A DNA stretch of 64,000 nt, taken from Hydrurus foetidus. Taxonomy: Eukaryota. The position numbers and the translations under genes were made by a program. Under the pieces are notes generated by a model. It saw only the letters and a list, made by a program, of their open reading frames with translations. It searched no databases and had not been told where the DNA came from. The stretch is from assembly GCA_900617105.1 (NCBI GenBank), contig UYFQ01000710.1:62001-126000 (forward strand), given 5' to 3'. Below are positions 46,101-60,400 of the stretch, piece by piece (within the stretch, counting starts at the first letter, position 1; each line of letters starts with the position of its first letter).

Positions 46101-49100
46101 GTACGACGCAGAGGGCCTGTACGTACCTTTGAAAACCATTTCAGCCATGGCATCGCCTGGAGAGAGTCTCCGTATAGCGCTCAGTGGAAACCACAGGTAG
46201 GGATATCGTGTACGTGAGTGCATGTGTGTGCAAGAGATGCATTCCCTCTCTCTGACTGTCACTCTATCAGACAGTCACTCAGATAGGCAGGCAACCAGTG
46301 TATCCGTCGAAGTCAGACAGACACTTGATGCGTACGATCTAGTAAACCATTGTGATTATCCATGTTTCGTCACGTTTTTGATTTGATTTCATATTATCTG
46401 TTACCTGCAAGTCTTGTGATTCTTCTACCTTGATCCTGCTATGCCAAATATCTGAGGCTGAAGACGCGCCATCCCCACATCAACTCATCCCTAACTCATC
46501 TTCAACTCACTCTCACTCTCACCACTGTCTCTACCTGTTCATCTGTTCTCAGACTCCTAGCAGTAGCTGGAGCGTACGTCAGCTCCATCGCTATATTCGA
46601 CACTCAGAAGTTGATAGCCGTCTATAAAAGTGGACAAATTCAAAGACCTGCACAGGGAGAGGGACAGGGAGAGAAACAAGGAGGAGAAGAGGAGACGGAG
46701 TTGCCGCAGAAACTACTGAATTCAACCACGTCACACACCCCACTGAATGCATTGCAACAAGCTGTGATGGAGGAAACCTTTCCCTTGCCCCCTCCTCCCC
46801 CGCACTCACCACACACACGATCCCCCGTCGGTCCCCCTCTCACTCCATATACTCCGGTGCCCTCTAATCCTCGCACTGCTACCACTGCGGTTAATGCGGA
46901 TGCTAAAGTTGCTGCTACAGCTCTTATGGTGGTGGTGGTGATGTGTATGATCCTGACAATGATGCTGTACTGACAGGCACTAACACGAAGTTCAGCACTA
47001 TTAAAGCTACGTGCAGCACAGCATTAGGAGCCGTGTTAGGAGTAGGGGCAGGGGTAGGGGTCGGGGTCGGGTCTGATCCGTCCGCCCCTGTATCGGGTAT
47101 CGCGTTCTCTGAAGATGGACCAGGGGGGTCCCTGCTTGTTACCACGGACAGACACATCATCAGCCTTCCTCTTGGCACCGAGCCATCGCACTCAACAGAT
47201 CAAGGAGGAGGGAGGGGCAAGGTAATAGAGAAAAACTGATGTGCAAATTCTTAACCTTTTCTTTTATGCACACGTGTACTTCCTTCTTCCCTTCTCTCTT
47301 CCCCTCCCTCTCTTCCTCCCTTCTTCTCTGTCCCCCTCCCTCCCTCCAAGCTCTCCTTCTTTGTCTCACGAGCCTTTTCCTCCTTACCTCCTTTCCTCTC
47401 TCTCCCTGTTTTACCCCCTTTTCTCCTCCTCTACTGCACTTCTCTTTATCCATCTCTCCCCCTCTTTCCCACCTTCTTCTCTCATTCCCTGCACCTCCTC
47501 CTTTCCTCGCCCTTGTCCTCCTATTGACAGAGGCAGCTCGCTGCTTGGGATCTACGGTCTGTAAAACGCATCGAATTTGGAACCCCCCTGAACATGACCA
47601 GGGATGGAACAAGGGGGCTACTATTCGTGACAGCGAAAGCCAATATCAAGGAAGGCACGGCAGCGCCAAGTAACAATGGGATTGAGAAGATGAAGGGCAG
47701 AAAAGCATCTTTCAGTCATCAAAGTGCATCCGCTGCCAGTCCTTCTTCGCCTTCCTCTTTAGGGTCCAGCCCAGGTTGTCCCATCCTCCTCTATCCATCT
47801 CATCCACACTGTAAAAAGATCAAAGCCTCGCCTTTATTATCCGTAGCATGACAGATTAAACCACATCCTCTTCTCCCTCCCTCGTCTTCTTTATCTCTCA
47901 TTGCGTCACTTACTCTCTCTCCCTTTTCCCCTTCTTTATTTCCCTTCCTTATTTCCCTTCCTTATTTCCTTTCCTTAGCCTTTCCACAATCCGTTTCTCT
48001 GAATTTCTTCCAAATTTTTTTTGTGATGATGTGTAGGGGTGGCGGACTGTATCGCTGTCGTGTCCGTACGACACACTGTACAGGACATAGCGAGTAACAA
48101 GATCAATAATCCGATAAAGAAAACAAAATTAAAAGTTCAACTATCAAAGGCTCAGGTGCGTGACATAAATACCAATTAAATTTTAAATATAGAAGAGTCT
48201 TTATTTGAATATCTGTCTGCTCTGTCCTGAGTTTGCCCTACTTCCGTCCAAAGTCTCACGTTCATCACACGTCTGTTCTCTCTCTCCTCTATTTTCCCTC
48301 CCCTCACACCTCTTCTTTCCTTTTCCTCCCCTCCCTTCCCGTATTAAACCTCCACTCCTCTACTTTCCTCCTTGACAGTTGTACCGCGACCACTTGGGTG
48401 CTGTGGGTGGTGTTGTACCCTGCACGCCATGCGGAAGAGTTGTGACGTACGATGACAACGGCTGTCTGATCGTTTGGCGAATCATGGTGAGAGATGAGAA
48501 CGAGACATGTCAATTGAAGACTTCAGCTAGATACTGTGATGTGATGTGATGCGTTGTATTGTATTGTATCGTATTGTGTTGTGCAATGCTGTACTACATC
48601 ACAGAAGTGTACCTACTACTTCACATTCCATCGGCGCACACCAGTAGACATTTTCAATACCTACACACGCACACGCACATGCATATGACTTTCTTCTAAC
48701 ACCCACACCACCCTCACTGCATATGTCGATTATAGGGGGACAGAGTGGAACAGCTGGAATCGACATTCAGTCCCACACCCCTCCCTGCCCCTCCCATCGC
48801 TTCGACAGAAGTCAGTCCCTCTATAAACGACACTTCACTGCTCTCAATCAGCATGGAGAGGGAGGATGAGAGAGGAGATGAGGCAAAGGATGACGTGGTG
48901 AAAGGAAATCTACAGAAGAAAGCAAAGAAAGAAATTACACGCACTGAGAAATATCCCAACAAATTCGAGAGGAGAGCTAGAGGACTTGTGAAAGATTTCG
49001 CCCTTGCGGTTAAAGAGAGTGCGCGTACTGAAGAAGAAGGGGGGACTGTCTCCCCACCCAATTTCTTTTGGATAGCGCCCAGCGGTACTAGCACTCCTAT

Positions 49101-52100
49101 CCAAGACCCTTCCATAGTCTCTAGAATAGGTGCTGCTGATGGGAGAGAGCGGGGAGGAGGAGGAAAGACTCATGCTCAATCTCGGATAAGGGCGTCATTT
49201 GAGTCGGTCAGGATAGATGGAGAGCACTGGGGAGAGAAGGGAAGGAGGGAGTGGGGCCTAACACAGGAGAGGGGAGGAGATGGGGGAGGGCCACATGACG
49301 GTCCCGATGGGGACATGGACGAAGGGAACGGTACCATGGGAATGTTCCGTGCAGATGGCACCATAGCATCTATCCTGAGCGACACATCTGGCTCGAGCAG
49401 CGAAGAGTACACATCAATAGAAGTTATGGATGAGGTAACTCACTCACTCTCTCCCTCGATCATTCACCCACTCACTCCCTCCCTCCCTTCCCCTTCCTCG
49501 TTCATCCCCTTACATAGTCTGAAGAGTTCCTAGACGAGGAGGACAGTGTGCGTGGGTTGGACGCTTGGCTCTCGTTAGAGCCTCCTAAGAATCCCTACCA
49601 GTCGATGGAATGTCAGGATGGGGAAGAGGAGGTGCCTGATGATGAAAGCCCAGAGGTCTGTACTGTGCAATTCAATTCAATTCATTCGATTCAGCACATT
49701 ACACTGCAGAAATAGTGTTAAATTATTTGCATAAGGAAATACATTCAAAAAAATTCAATAGCTTCCCTTGAGGAAGGAGATATACCGTATAAAAAACCCA
49801 CACCCTCCTATTTGATTTACCTGTTTTATTTTACGGTCTTCACTTAAATTGAATTCAGTGCGATTTCTAACATCATACTCATACCATTGGGTGCACAGCA
49901 TTCACTTCAATGAGAGGTACAGCGGTCAGCGGTATTGCACTTCTCCTGAGTGTTGTTTTCGACTAGCACTACACACGCAAACACCAAATTCCAACCTAGT
50001 GCTCACCGCACTACTTCTTTTCACTGCTCACTAATCACTGTTCAGAGCAAGAGGGAAGTCGAGATGGCGCGCAGACAAAGAGTGTATGCAGCTGCATTGC
50101 AGTTAGTGCGCGCTAGAGCGTTGAAGAGAATTGTCCCAAGACTAGAAATGGGACGACCTCTAGGACATTCCATCAGAGAAGGAGAACAGCAGAGGATAGA
50201 AGGAGAAGGGGAGAGAGGAGGAGAGGGAGAGGGAGGAGGAGAGAGAGGAGGAGGAGGAGGTAAGAACATCTCTACTGTGATACAATACACTGTCTGCGTC
50301 TACGTGACTCCTCGTCTCCTATTTCTTATCCAACCATCCAACTCTTCTCTCGCACAGATACCTCTCCTCCCCTATTGCACTCAGCTGTCCGTACGCACGT
50401 TCTTACCATGAGGGTGTCTATGCTGCCGTCTTATTGCCGCGCAGACAAGTGTCTTCTGCTCTGTGACGGCTCTGCTCTCTGTGTGCGCGATTTAGCCGGG
50501 GACCAGGATACCCTGCTGCCATCGGCCGTACCTTCCCCCGCATTCCCATCGGTTAGTCACGAGTTGCACCTATGAGACACACTGTGTTTTTCTACTGCGA
50601 TGCACCTGTAAACACCGACTCACCGACACACCCTCACTAGCAGTGTCGCTTTATCCGTCTATGTGACGTCATGCTATGTCATCTTATGTTTTGTTTTATC
50701 AGGAATCTGGTCGAAGATCTCGGAACTTCTCAGCAAGTGCCGTGCTGTCCGCATGTCTGTCCCCCTCTGGACTCTTCGTAGCAGCGGTTATGGAAACTTC
50801 AACTGCAGAGAATGAGAGTGACGAAGGAGGAGAAGGTGAGGGTGAGTGTGAGGGTACTTAAGAAGAATGCCCGTTGTAGAAGTTATACGTAAATGGCAAT
50901 TTTATATACTTGAAAACAGCTGCAGAAAGAGATGTCTTCCATACTTCATTCGTCAAATGAGGTTCCTGAAAATCCCCATACTGCTGCGTTGTTGTGATCC
51001 CGAAAATACCAGTCTGATTCTCCGGTGCACTCTTCAGTGGCTGTGATGTATACCACACTATACCATACCGTATTATGATCTGCTGTGCCACACTACACTG
51101 CACTACATTATTCCATATTACACCATTCGATAATGTCGCTGACTCCCTCTCACCCCTCTCGGGTACGGCATTGATCCATCCCTCCTCGCGGACCCCTACA
51201 TCACATCACATCACATGCACTAGACGCTTCTCGCTCCTACTCTCGAGAAGTTTTCGTGTGGAACCGGGACCAAGATCTGGAATCTAATGAGGGGAAGAGT
51301 CAGTGGGTGTCTCTCGGCCCTATGGGGATACAAAGAATGGCCAGGGATAGCATGAAGGGCGGCTCTGATAGGTGAGAGAGGAATTATACCATTTGCTCTT
51401 CTCCCCTCAACTCCTCTCTTCTCTCTCTCTTCTCTTCTCTCTCTTCTCTCCCTTCCTCTTCTCTTCTCTTCTCTCCTATACTCTCCCTCAACTCTTCTCT
51501 TCTCTCCTACACTTTCCCTCTTCTCTCATTCTTATTTTGCTCTTTCTCCAACACGCCCCTGAAATCCACTTTCTCAATCTTCCTAATCTTCTTCAACCAT
51601 CTTTGATAGGATGAGAAATAGCACAGGGAGGATCAGCAGCAGAAATCCCTCCACCCCCTCGTCCCCCTCCCCCTCCTCAATTCCCTCTCCCCCTTCCCTG
51701 GGGATAGCGATTGACTGGCTGCCTGACGACACGTTGTTAGTGGCTGCCTCTGTTATCGTGAAGGTTTTTGCTGAGCATCCGACCCCCACTACCTCATCTT
51801 CATCTTCCTCTGCTAAGAAGGACGGACGGACCCCGTCCGTTGCGTACCCTGGGTCCAGGAGGGTGTTCGACCTGGCCCTGACCTCCCTTGCAGCGGAGGA
51901 TCTGTTTAAGGGGGGCTACGGTCCCTCCCACCCTCACCTCCACTCCCCTCAGAGCATCGATGCCTCTAATATCAAAACTTCCAGCAGCAGCAGCAGCAGA
52001 GTTGTAGTCTATCCTGTAGTGAGCGTTTACAGAGGGTTGTCAAACGATCTTACAGGTCTGAAGGGCATACCCTCCTCCCCTTCCTTTACCCCATCGGATG

Positions 52101-55100
52101 CATCCTCTAACACTGAGGCTCCCGTAGTCTCTGCCTTGATATGGGCTGGTCCTGTTATGATGGCTTTAACAATTCCCTCTGGGGGGACTAATCATGTAGA
52201 TTTAAGAGGAGAGCTAGGTGATGGATGTGTGGCCGTGCATGCCGTGGAAGCCGTGTATCTGGACAGCGCAGTGTCGAAGGGCTCCTATCTATCGGTTGAC
52301 ATGGTTCACTACTCAGTGGATGAGAGCGATGCAGTGCGGGAGTGTGAGAGGGGGTCACCTCGTAGCACCTCCTCCCACTCCCACTCCCACTCCTCCTCTC
52401 TAGCCGTCCATGCCAACCCCATGGGCCTGCCCCCTAAAGGACAAAGACACACTAAGGACTCCACCGTAGCCCGATCTCACAGCACACTGGCAGCGGTAGA
52501 TTCGCTAGGCAACGTCAACATGGCCATCATGCCACACTCCGCACTACACCTTCACTCTGCTGAAGGTGTCCGTGAAGATTCAGGATTGGGTCCAAGTACC
52601 CTCTCATTCCCAGGATCGTATGTGAGATTTTCTTCAGCGAATAATTCGGGAACATTCCGCACACTATCGCTGAGTATCCGATCACCATCAAGCCACTCGG
52701 ATTGCCCCTCCTACTGCTTGACACTCGCATCGCCATGTATATTTGTAAAGGTCTTCTCCGTCACCGTGGTGGAGGGAGACAGCGTGGGAAAGGCTCCCGC
52801 CTTCTACCTCTCCCTGCTCTACAAGGTGAACACCTCCATTCCTCCATCGTACCTCCTCTCTCTGCCACTCATGCCCCGTGCAGGCAGTGCCTTAGGAAGT
52901 ACGCACTGGACCCCTGACGTACTTGCAGTGACCAAAAAGGGGGATATGGGATTCCTAACAGCAGGGACTTCAGACACCAACTCACCCCCAATACTTGCAG
53001 CTGCATCAACATCAACGTGTACAGCTAGTCAACTGCACGTACAGAATCTGGATCCAGAGTTCTTGTGGTTGCGATCCGCCCTGTCCCCCCTTTGTGCCTC
53101 CCCATCCCTCCTAGAACAGTCCGCCTCTCGGTCACAAGTACGTGCCAGGCCCCACTCCACCCTGTCCTCTCTAAGCATGGTTACTTGCCATGATGCCAGA
53201 CTCACAGCGATACTGTGTCGGGGGAAACTGCAATTGATTCATGCAAATAGCGGTGTACAGGTACAAGTGCTGTCTCGTTGTTGGCCAATGAATTACAACT
53301 ATTGTATCGATGTTGTGCCTTCTCTCCTCTACTCTACTTTACTTTACTGAACTCTCCTCTACTCTACTCTACTGTACTCTCCTCTGTTCTCCTCCACTCT
53401 ACTGTGCTCTACTCTACTGTACGCTACGCCACTGTACTCTCCTCCACTCTACTGTACGCTACGCTACTGTACTCTCCTCCGCTCTACTCTACTCTACTTT
53501 ACTCTACTCTACTCTACTTTACTCTCCTCTACTCCGCCTCCCCCTTCTCCTTTCCCTTTTTTTCTCCTCTACTCTCCCTTTTCTCATCTCATCTCCTGTT
53601 GCACACTACACAAGCAACTCCATTCTCACTCCTTTTCAATATTCCTCCATCAGCTCCCATTTCCATCCCCAGAGGGGGTGTTCAGCGGGACCTGTCTGGG
53701 AAGCACCTCGTCCCTTCTGGTGGTAGGGTATGCATGCGGATCCGTGTCTGTCTATAGAGCGAGGGACATGCGACTGGTGCAAGTCATCTCTGCCACTGCC
53801 TGGACGGAGGTGGAAGATGCGAGAGTGAGACTTCCGTATACCTCTAGTTGCGTCCCCGTGGGGTCAAAGCAGTCCCGATCCATCTCCCTCTCCTCCCCTC
53901 TCTCTACCCCGCTTTGCAGCCGGTGGGACAGTCCCTCCCAAGGCTACTAGGAGACCTTCTGTAGGGACGTCTAGTGTAGGTGGATTGAGCGGGGCGAGTA
54001 GAGTAGGTGATGCTGATGGCAGTGCTCTCTACAGCACCGCTGCGAGTGCTGTTACGGCAGTGGAGTTCGCGTGTGGGGGCAGGGTGCTCGTATCGCTGCA
54101 CGCCAATGGCATGGTCACCGCAACAAACACTGACTACACGCACAGGCAACATCATTTCCGCGGAGACACTGAGCTCTTCAGTGATGGACGTATAGGCAGT
54201 GATCATGACAGAGAGAGGGGTCATGGACAAGACCGCGCTGTCTCTTACCTGACAGCTGTGGTGTGTCCACCTCCCAGTTCCAGTGGTGGCGATGGCACAG
54301 GAGAAACTCTATCCCATCTGCTAGCCACGCCTTGCAGCATCGGATGTGGGGATAGCCTGATAGCTGTGAGCAGAGGCTGTACAGTGCGTGTGTTCCGATT
54401 GTCCATACCCCTTCCTGCAGGGACTGCTGATCTGAATGCAACGTACTCCTCTACCCTGAACACCTCTTCCTCCCTGCCCACTGTGACATTTATGTCCTGC
54501 TTCTCCCTCAACTCTAATGCACTCAGTGAGGTCCCCCCCTTCGACCCCACGATACCTGATGGGCTGGACCGGCTCAACCTATCTGCTGAGAGACTCGAGG
54601 AAGAAGACGACATCAAATACGTGTTACCAGTCTATGCATCAAGCAGGACTCAATATTCCCGCCCCCTGACCCCGGTGAGACTGTCCCTCCTTCTCATAGA
54701 GGGGACAGAGACTGGAACAGAGAGCAGTAGTGGGGATAAAGGAATGGAGCTCTGTGTGTGTGCGGTGTGTCGCCAAGATGATGATATAGACTTCGACTTC
54801 TCCCCCCCTTCCGACCGTACTCACCCCCCTCAGCTTCAATTATACTGCGGAACATTCCTCCTAGAGAGAGAGTTCTCCGTGCTGATCCCCACCCCTCTAC
54901 CCATGCACCCTACGTTGAACATGGGCAGTGACGTCACTGCATGTTCCCTGTTAGGAGCAGACGGCTGCTTTGTCGTCCCTGAAGGGATTTTCCTCTTAGA
55001 TCTCAGGTTGGCGTGTTGTAGGGCAAAGAGAAGGAGAGAACTGGATGAACTGATGGACAGCACTGAGGCCGCCTCCAGTGTGGTGAGGAAAAGAGAGCTG

Positions 55101-55504
55101 CTCAAATTGCAGGTAAATCAGAACAAAATCCATGAACTAAATCAAAAACTAAACTCATGACATACGCACCCACCCACATTCTTTGTCGCTCACAGATAAA
55201 CGATTTCTCATCAATTAATCAATAGGTGCACTGTGAGGGGCAGATCGACTTCAAGGCGTATCACTCGGTTAGTTCGTCCGCCTTGTCTCAGTCCCCACCC
55301 TTCTCCTCTTCTCCCTCCTCCCTCTCCTGGGCAGGAGGGGCAGCAGTGCTCACCACCAATGGTCAACACGATGCGGAGCAACAAGTCGTGTCCGTACTGG
55401 CGTACAGGCACACCCATCCTTCTCTCTTCCGCCTGACCTATGAGAAGGAGAAGGAAGAGAAGGAGAAGGGAGAGAAGGCAGAGAAGGAGAAGGGAGAGAA
55501 GTGA
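40175..55504 (+). CDS. WDR90: WDR90/POC16-like centriolar protein (N-terminal CFAP20/DUF667-like domain plus WD40 repeats), many exons
   Basis: GDVTDHMDKAIG...LKG...LSLTG, LLCLDL and LCSNMSVRDVVTS (CFAP20-like), then ERVLGYSG, LVSCGRENIRFFRVRKGHL, LRVWPLDFSDFLLE, YDTVLRSH, GTDGTIRLWD and GFRSGAVRVFD. Start and later exon boundaries are approximate. Confidence 0.78.
44306..44361. repeat. (ACCCT)n pentamer microsatellite, intronic
   Basis: About 11 tandem ACCCT units. Confidence 0.9.
45011..45179. mobile_element. MITE-like element, 169 bp, ~23-bp imperfect TIRs, in a WDR90 intron
   Basis: AGAACGTTCCTTACGGTCTGAGT ... ACTCAGTCTGTAAGGAACGTTCT (21/23 complementary). TSD unclear. Confidence 0.65.
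45783..46056 (+). repeat. TCAC-rich compound satellite with CACTTACAGAATCAAACATGCATT units
   Basis: Three copies of the unit embedded in (TCAC)n. Confidence 0.9.
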
Positions 55505-56288
55505 TCCGACCCAACCCGATCCCATTCCACCGTATCCAATCGTTTCATATCGCATCGCATCGCATCGCATCGCATGCTATCATTTGCCACTCATGTCTTG
55601 CCACATTCCAACATATTGCACCTTATTGCTTGTCGCTCCATTAGACTTACGCCGCTTCACAATTTTCATTTGTTCATTTGTACGATTTAAAGTGACGAAA
55701 GTGAAATATTATCTTGAAAGAAAAGTACAGCTGTAAAAATTGAAGAGGGGCGTAAACTCTCCGTGTTGTCAGCCACTCGTTAGTCTTTCGAATTGCTCGC
55801 TAAAAAAGCGGGGAAAACTGTTGTTTGTGCTTCGCGTCATAAGTGAATTCATCTCTATCGCCACAGATGTGTGCGATGAGCCTTGAACATTGCATAAACC
55901 CCACGAAGTTCCCTTGCATGCACGTTCCGCACCCGTACCGACTGTTACCCTCCCACACTGTACGGATAGCGTCTCCAATTCTATCATTTATTTTGTTTCA
56001 GTTTTGTGTTGCTTAAGCCAATTTTTTCTCGAGTGTCGTGACGCTCTCGTATTTTCCAAGTAATCATAGGAAAGACACAGCAGCAATCATCAGGGTATTC
56101 CCTTTGGTGCTTCTTCTTCATGTTCTCCCTCGACAGCTGGTCTCTCACTTTCTCCTTTTACTAATCTCAATACTCAACATGCCTTTGACTCTGTATTATT
56201 TCTTGTTAGCCATATTATGAAGTAAAAGCGGTGAAGTTGCTGATGTGATCATATAACATGCAAGTCCTGAAAAAGATTCACTAAAAAA

Positions 56289-56698
56289 TCACAGGTTATC
56301 TTCATCGTCACAGAAGTCATCTTCGAAGAGAAAATCATCATCCTCCCAATCGTTAAAGTCTTTGGGCAATAGCGCTTTGATGGATTCCGTTGAGTCTCTT
56401 CTTTGGAAGGCGAGTTCTTTGGAATCCGGGGGTAATTCATAAATTGTTGGATCCAAAAATAACTCACATTGTGCTTTATTAGCGTAAGCACATGCTGGAG
56501 TGCGTGTCCAAGCAGAGCGTGTGTTCTACGCTTATCTGGTGCTTTGACTCTGTCGAGCAGAAGCATGTCAGTAGCACTGAAGTCATTCCTGTACTTCGAT
56601 TTGATCGCAGCAACATCATCAGAATATAGGGAGACGCCTAATTTGTCGATTTTAATCGCGGGACAGTCAAGAATATCCTTGCATAGAATAGCCGTCAT
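56289..56698 (-). CDS. Small hypothetical protein with acidic C-terminus (splice or frameshift needed)
   Basis: ATG at 56698 opens MTAILCKDILD... A second frame gives LDPTIYELPPDSKELAF...WEDDDFLFEDDFCDDEDNL*. The junction was not resolved. Confidence 0.35.
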
Positions 56699-57442
56699 GG
56701 ATGCTTATGGTCCTCGAGGTTTGACTGAGAGACATGGTGATTTCCCACTAACCATAATACTCGACGTACTTTGGAAGTCACATTTTGATTGATGTTCAGA
56801 AATTATTGAATCTAGTTCACCGACTTCTATTGGCAGAAGTATAATCGAGCAACCGGAATCACACAGGACTCTTTTCACTCTAACACCGCCAATATCTTTT
56901 CACTCTAGTTTTGGGTGCTCGGTAGGAAATATCAACGATTGGTATTCATCATAGCTAAAAACGATAACCCGTTAGGAACTCCAACCAATTTAGGTTGGAA
57001 TCAATTTGCCCTACTTTCTCCATAAGATTCAATTTCGATAGATCTCTTACCGAGAACAGAATCTCCGAGAACGGAGTCATCCGTTCAGTGCATGATAGAA
57101 TGCGCTTCAGTGCATGAAACATGAAATGAGAGATGGGGATGAGTTGGGAGTGTTGCGACATCACATGAAATAATCCTATTCAACTCCTCGCAACACACTG
57201 ACACACACCACACACCCACACGGTAGGTATGGTAAAACAGAATACAAAAAATTGCAAAATACAAATTATGGATCGATTGAGCTACTGTAAACTGTAAGCG
57301 ATTAGCAAGGACAGCAGTAACCATCGCAAGGGCAGGGTTGCAAAATTCTAACACACGTCTACTGACTGTATCCGATCGAGTTGTCAGCGTGACTGGTACA
57401 GCATACTTTTGGTCGGACAACTTTGATAATGCATCGTCGTTG

Positions 57443-60400
57443 ATGATGCAGTCCGGACGAGACAAATTGAGAGGTTATGTTATCTTCAATCGGCATGGTC
57501 ACAGGGCTCCGAGCAGAAACATCATGCGAGGAGAGGATCTCGCTATCGAAGCAGAGCTATGGAGGTCATACGTACTCAGAGAAGACTCAATGAACACATC
57601 TCCTATTGCGATAAAGCAGCATCCAGCCAATGGTATTGCGAGAGATTTAATCACTCATCCATTCGGCTGCATTACAATGAGGGGACGAGAGCATCTCAGA
57701 AACACCGGCCGGGGCATATCACATCGATTTCCTGCACTTAGGGATGTCAAAGTTGAGAACCTGTCTGTTTACTCAACGAATTATCAGCGCACACAGGTCA
57801 GGCGGAGGCTGCTTGTAACTCTCAGTAAAGTCGTAACTATTTCGAGTGATTCTCCGCTCGATATTAATGATATTCTATCAACGGTTGTAGGCTAGTGCTC
57901 AGATGATTATCAGTGGTCTCTATACCCCCGACACTCCTGTTGGTCAGTCACCAGGAAAAGTGGAAGTGCAAGTGCGTGACATGACAGAATGTTCCATGTC
58001 TTTCTACGATGGGTTTCCGCTGCTTGCAAAGAAATTCTTCATTAGGGTGAGAGAAGAGTGTGAGAAATGTAGGAAAAATCAGAGGATAGACCAGATTGTC
58101 ATACTGCATATAGAAACTGAGTAGCACATTTTGATGCTCAAACATGAGACAATGGATCAACACTTGAAAGATATCGGTGAACTTCTTTATGACTTGTAGT
58201 GCGGCATTACTAGTATTGGAATGACCTTATAATGAACCACTACCAATCAGGCTCAATCAACAGAAGTGCATAAGGAGAGGGAGAACAGGCCGCATATTAT
58301 CCAGGCGAGAGACGTTCTTTCGAGAAGCCTTCCAGGACTGCTCGTGAGTGAGTAACTACTAAAATTATTGCAAATCGGTGAACGTATGTATTCTTCAACA
58401 AATACTTTCAAGGCTCAATTGTTACGTACTGAAACTGCTCTCATATTTGTTGAAGATCTGTGAGCTCCTTAATTAAGTTCAGCACTCAATTGTGATCGCC
58501 ATCGTTAGACAGCTGTTGTATGTTTGCTACTCTTATCTAGTCGGCACGATGAGGTAATCATACCTATCAAATTAATACGTCATTATGTTGCTCATCGATT
58601 CAGCAATACAGTGTCGAAGGTACCAGCTCAAAGCAATAACAAGTCATCATAATCCATGTACAATCATGACATACTGGGAGTTACAACTATACATAACACC
58701 GCACAAACATTCTATACGGACTGTTAGGCTCTAAAGACAAGGCCCTAGCCCCTACCTTTGACTGGCTCGGAGCCTTTGACTATTATGCCTGCAGGGAAGG
58801 ACACGACATGCCTCTACACGCAGAAGTGAGTCAATAAGAACGTCACTGAGGGTGTGAGTAGAATGTTGAGTCAGTGATGGTGTGGGTGAATGTATGAGTG
58901 ATCGAGTGAGTGAGTGAGTGAGGGGGGGAGTGAGTCAGTGAGTGAGTGAATGCATTCGTGAGATAGGGAGTGATTGAGTGAATGTGTGAGCGAGTAAGTG
59001 AATGTGTGAGTGAGTGAATGCATGAGTGAGTGACTGAGGGAGTGAATGTGTGAGTGAGTGAATGCATGAGTGAGTGACTGAGGGAGTGAATGCGTGAGTG
59101 AGTGAATGCATGAGTGAGTGAGTGAGTGAATGCATGAGTGAGTGAGTGAGTGAGTGAGTGAGTGAGTGAGTGTGTGAATGCATGAGTGAGTGTGTGAATG
59201 AGTGGGTGAGTGAGTGGGTTAGTAAGTGAGTGAGTGGGTGAATGCATGAGTGTGTGAATGCATGAGTGAGTGAAGTGTGAGTGAGTGAATGAGAGTGGAG
59301 TGAAGTGAATGAGTAAGTGAATGCATGAGTGGTGATGCATGAGTGAGTGAATGAATGAGTGGAAGTGAGTGTGAATGAATGAGTGAGTGAGTAAGTGTGA
59401 ATGCATGAGTGTGTGAATGAGTGGGTGAGTGAGTGAGTGAGTGTGTGAATGCATGAGTGAGTGGGTGAATGAGTGGGTGAGTGAGTGAGTGAGTGGGGTG
59501 AATGCATGAGTGTGTGAATGCATGAGTGAGTGAGTTAGAGTGTGAGTGAGTGAGTGTGTGAATGAGTGAGTGAGTGAGTAAGTGAGTGGGTGAATGCATG
59601 AGTGGGTGAATGCATGAGTGTGTGAATGCATGAGTGAGTGGGTGAATGAGTGGGTGAGTGAGTGTGTGAATGCATGAGTGAGTGAGTGAGTGTGTGAATG
59701 CATATGATCTGAGTTGTGCATGAGTGAGTGAGTGATTGATTGCATGAGTGTGTGAATTTATGAATGAGTCTTCTTGCATCGAACGTGTAGATTGATGAGT
59801 GAGTGATGTATGCATGTTTGATTCTGTAAGTGATGATTTTAGTGAATGAGTGAGTGAGTGTGAGTGAATTGTTAGTGAGTGAATGCATTTTGATTCGTAA
59901 GTGTGTGAATGCATGAGTGAGTGATAGAATAATGAGTGAGTGAGTGAGTGAGTGAATGCATGTTTGATTCTGTAAGTGAGTGAGTTGGTGAGTGAGTGAG
60001 TGGGTGAGTGAATGTGTTAGTGAGTGAATGCATGTTTGATTCTGTAAGTGTGTGAATGCATGAGTGAGTGGGTGAATGAATGAGTGAGTGAGTGGGTGAA
60101 TGAGTGAATGCATGAGTGAGTGAGTGAGTGTGTGAATGCATGAGTGAGTGGGTGAATGAGTGAGTGAGTGAGTGAGTGAGTGAGTGAGTGGGTGGGTGTC
60201 ACACTTATTCACAACGCTTCTGTGCATCCTCATCATCTACACCTTTCTGCTCTTTCCGTCCCTTTTTTGACTCAATGCTCTCCATCCCTCAATCCTATCC
60301 TGCTATATCTTCATATACATCAAAACTGTCTTCGTTGTGTACATATATGTAGATATATTTTTACTGAATATTTTCCGAGGATTAATTTTTTCTCGTTGTC

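Noticed and set aside
58843..60236. His-rich ORFs of 190-300 aa
   Set aside because: They are translations of a (GAGT)n satellite, open in several frames, and lie inside a phosphatase intron.
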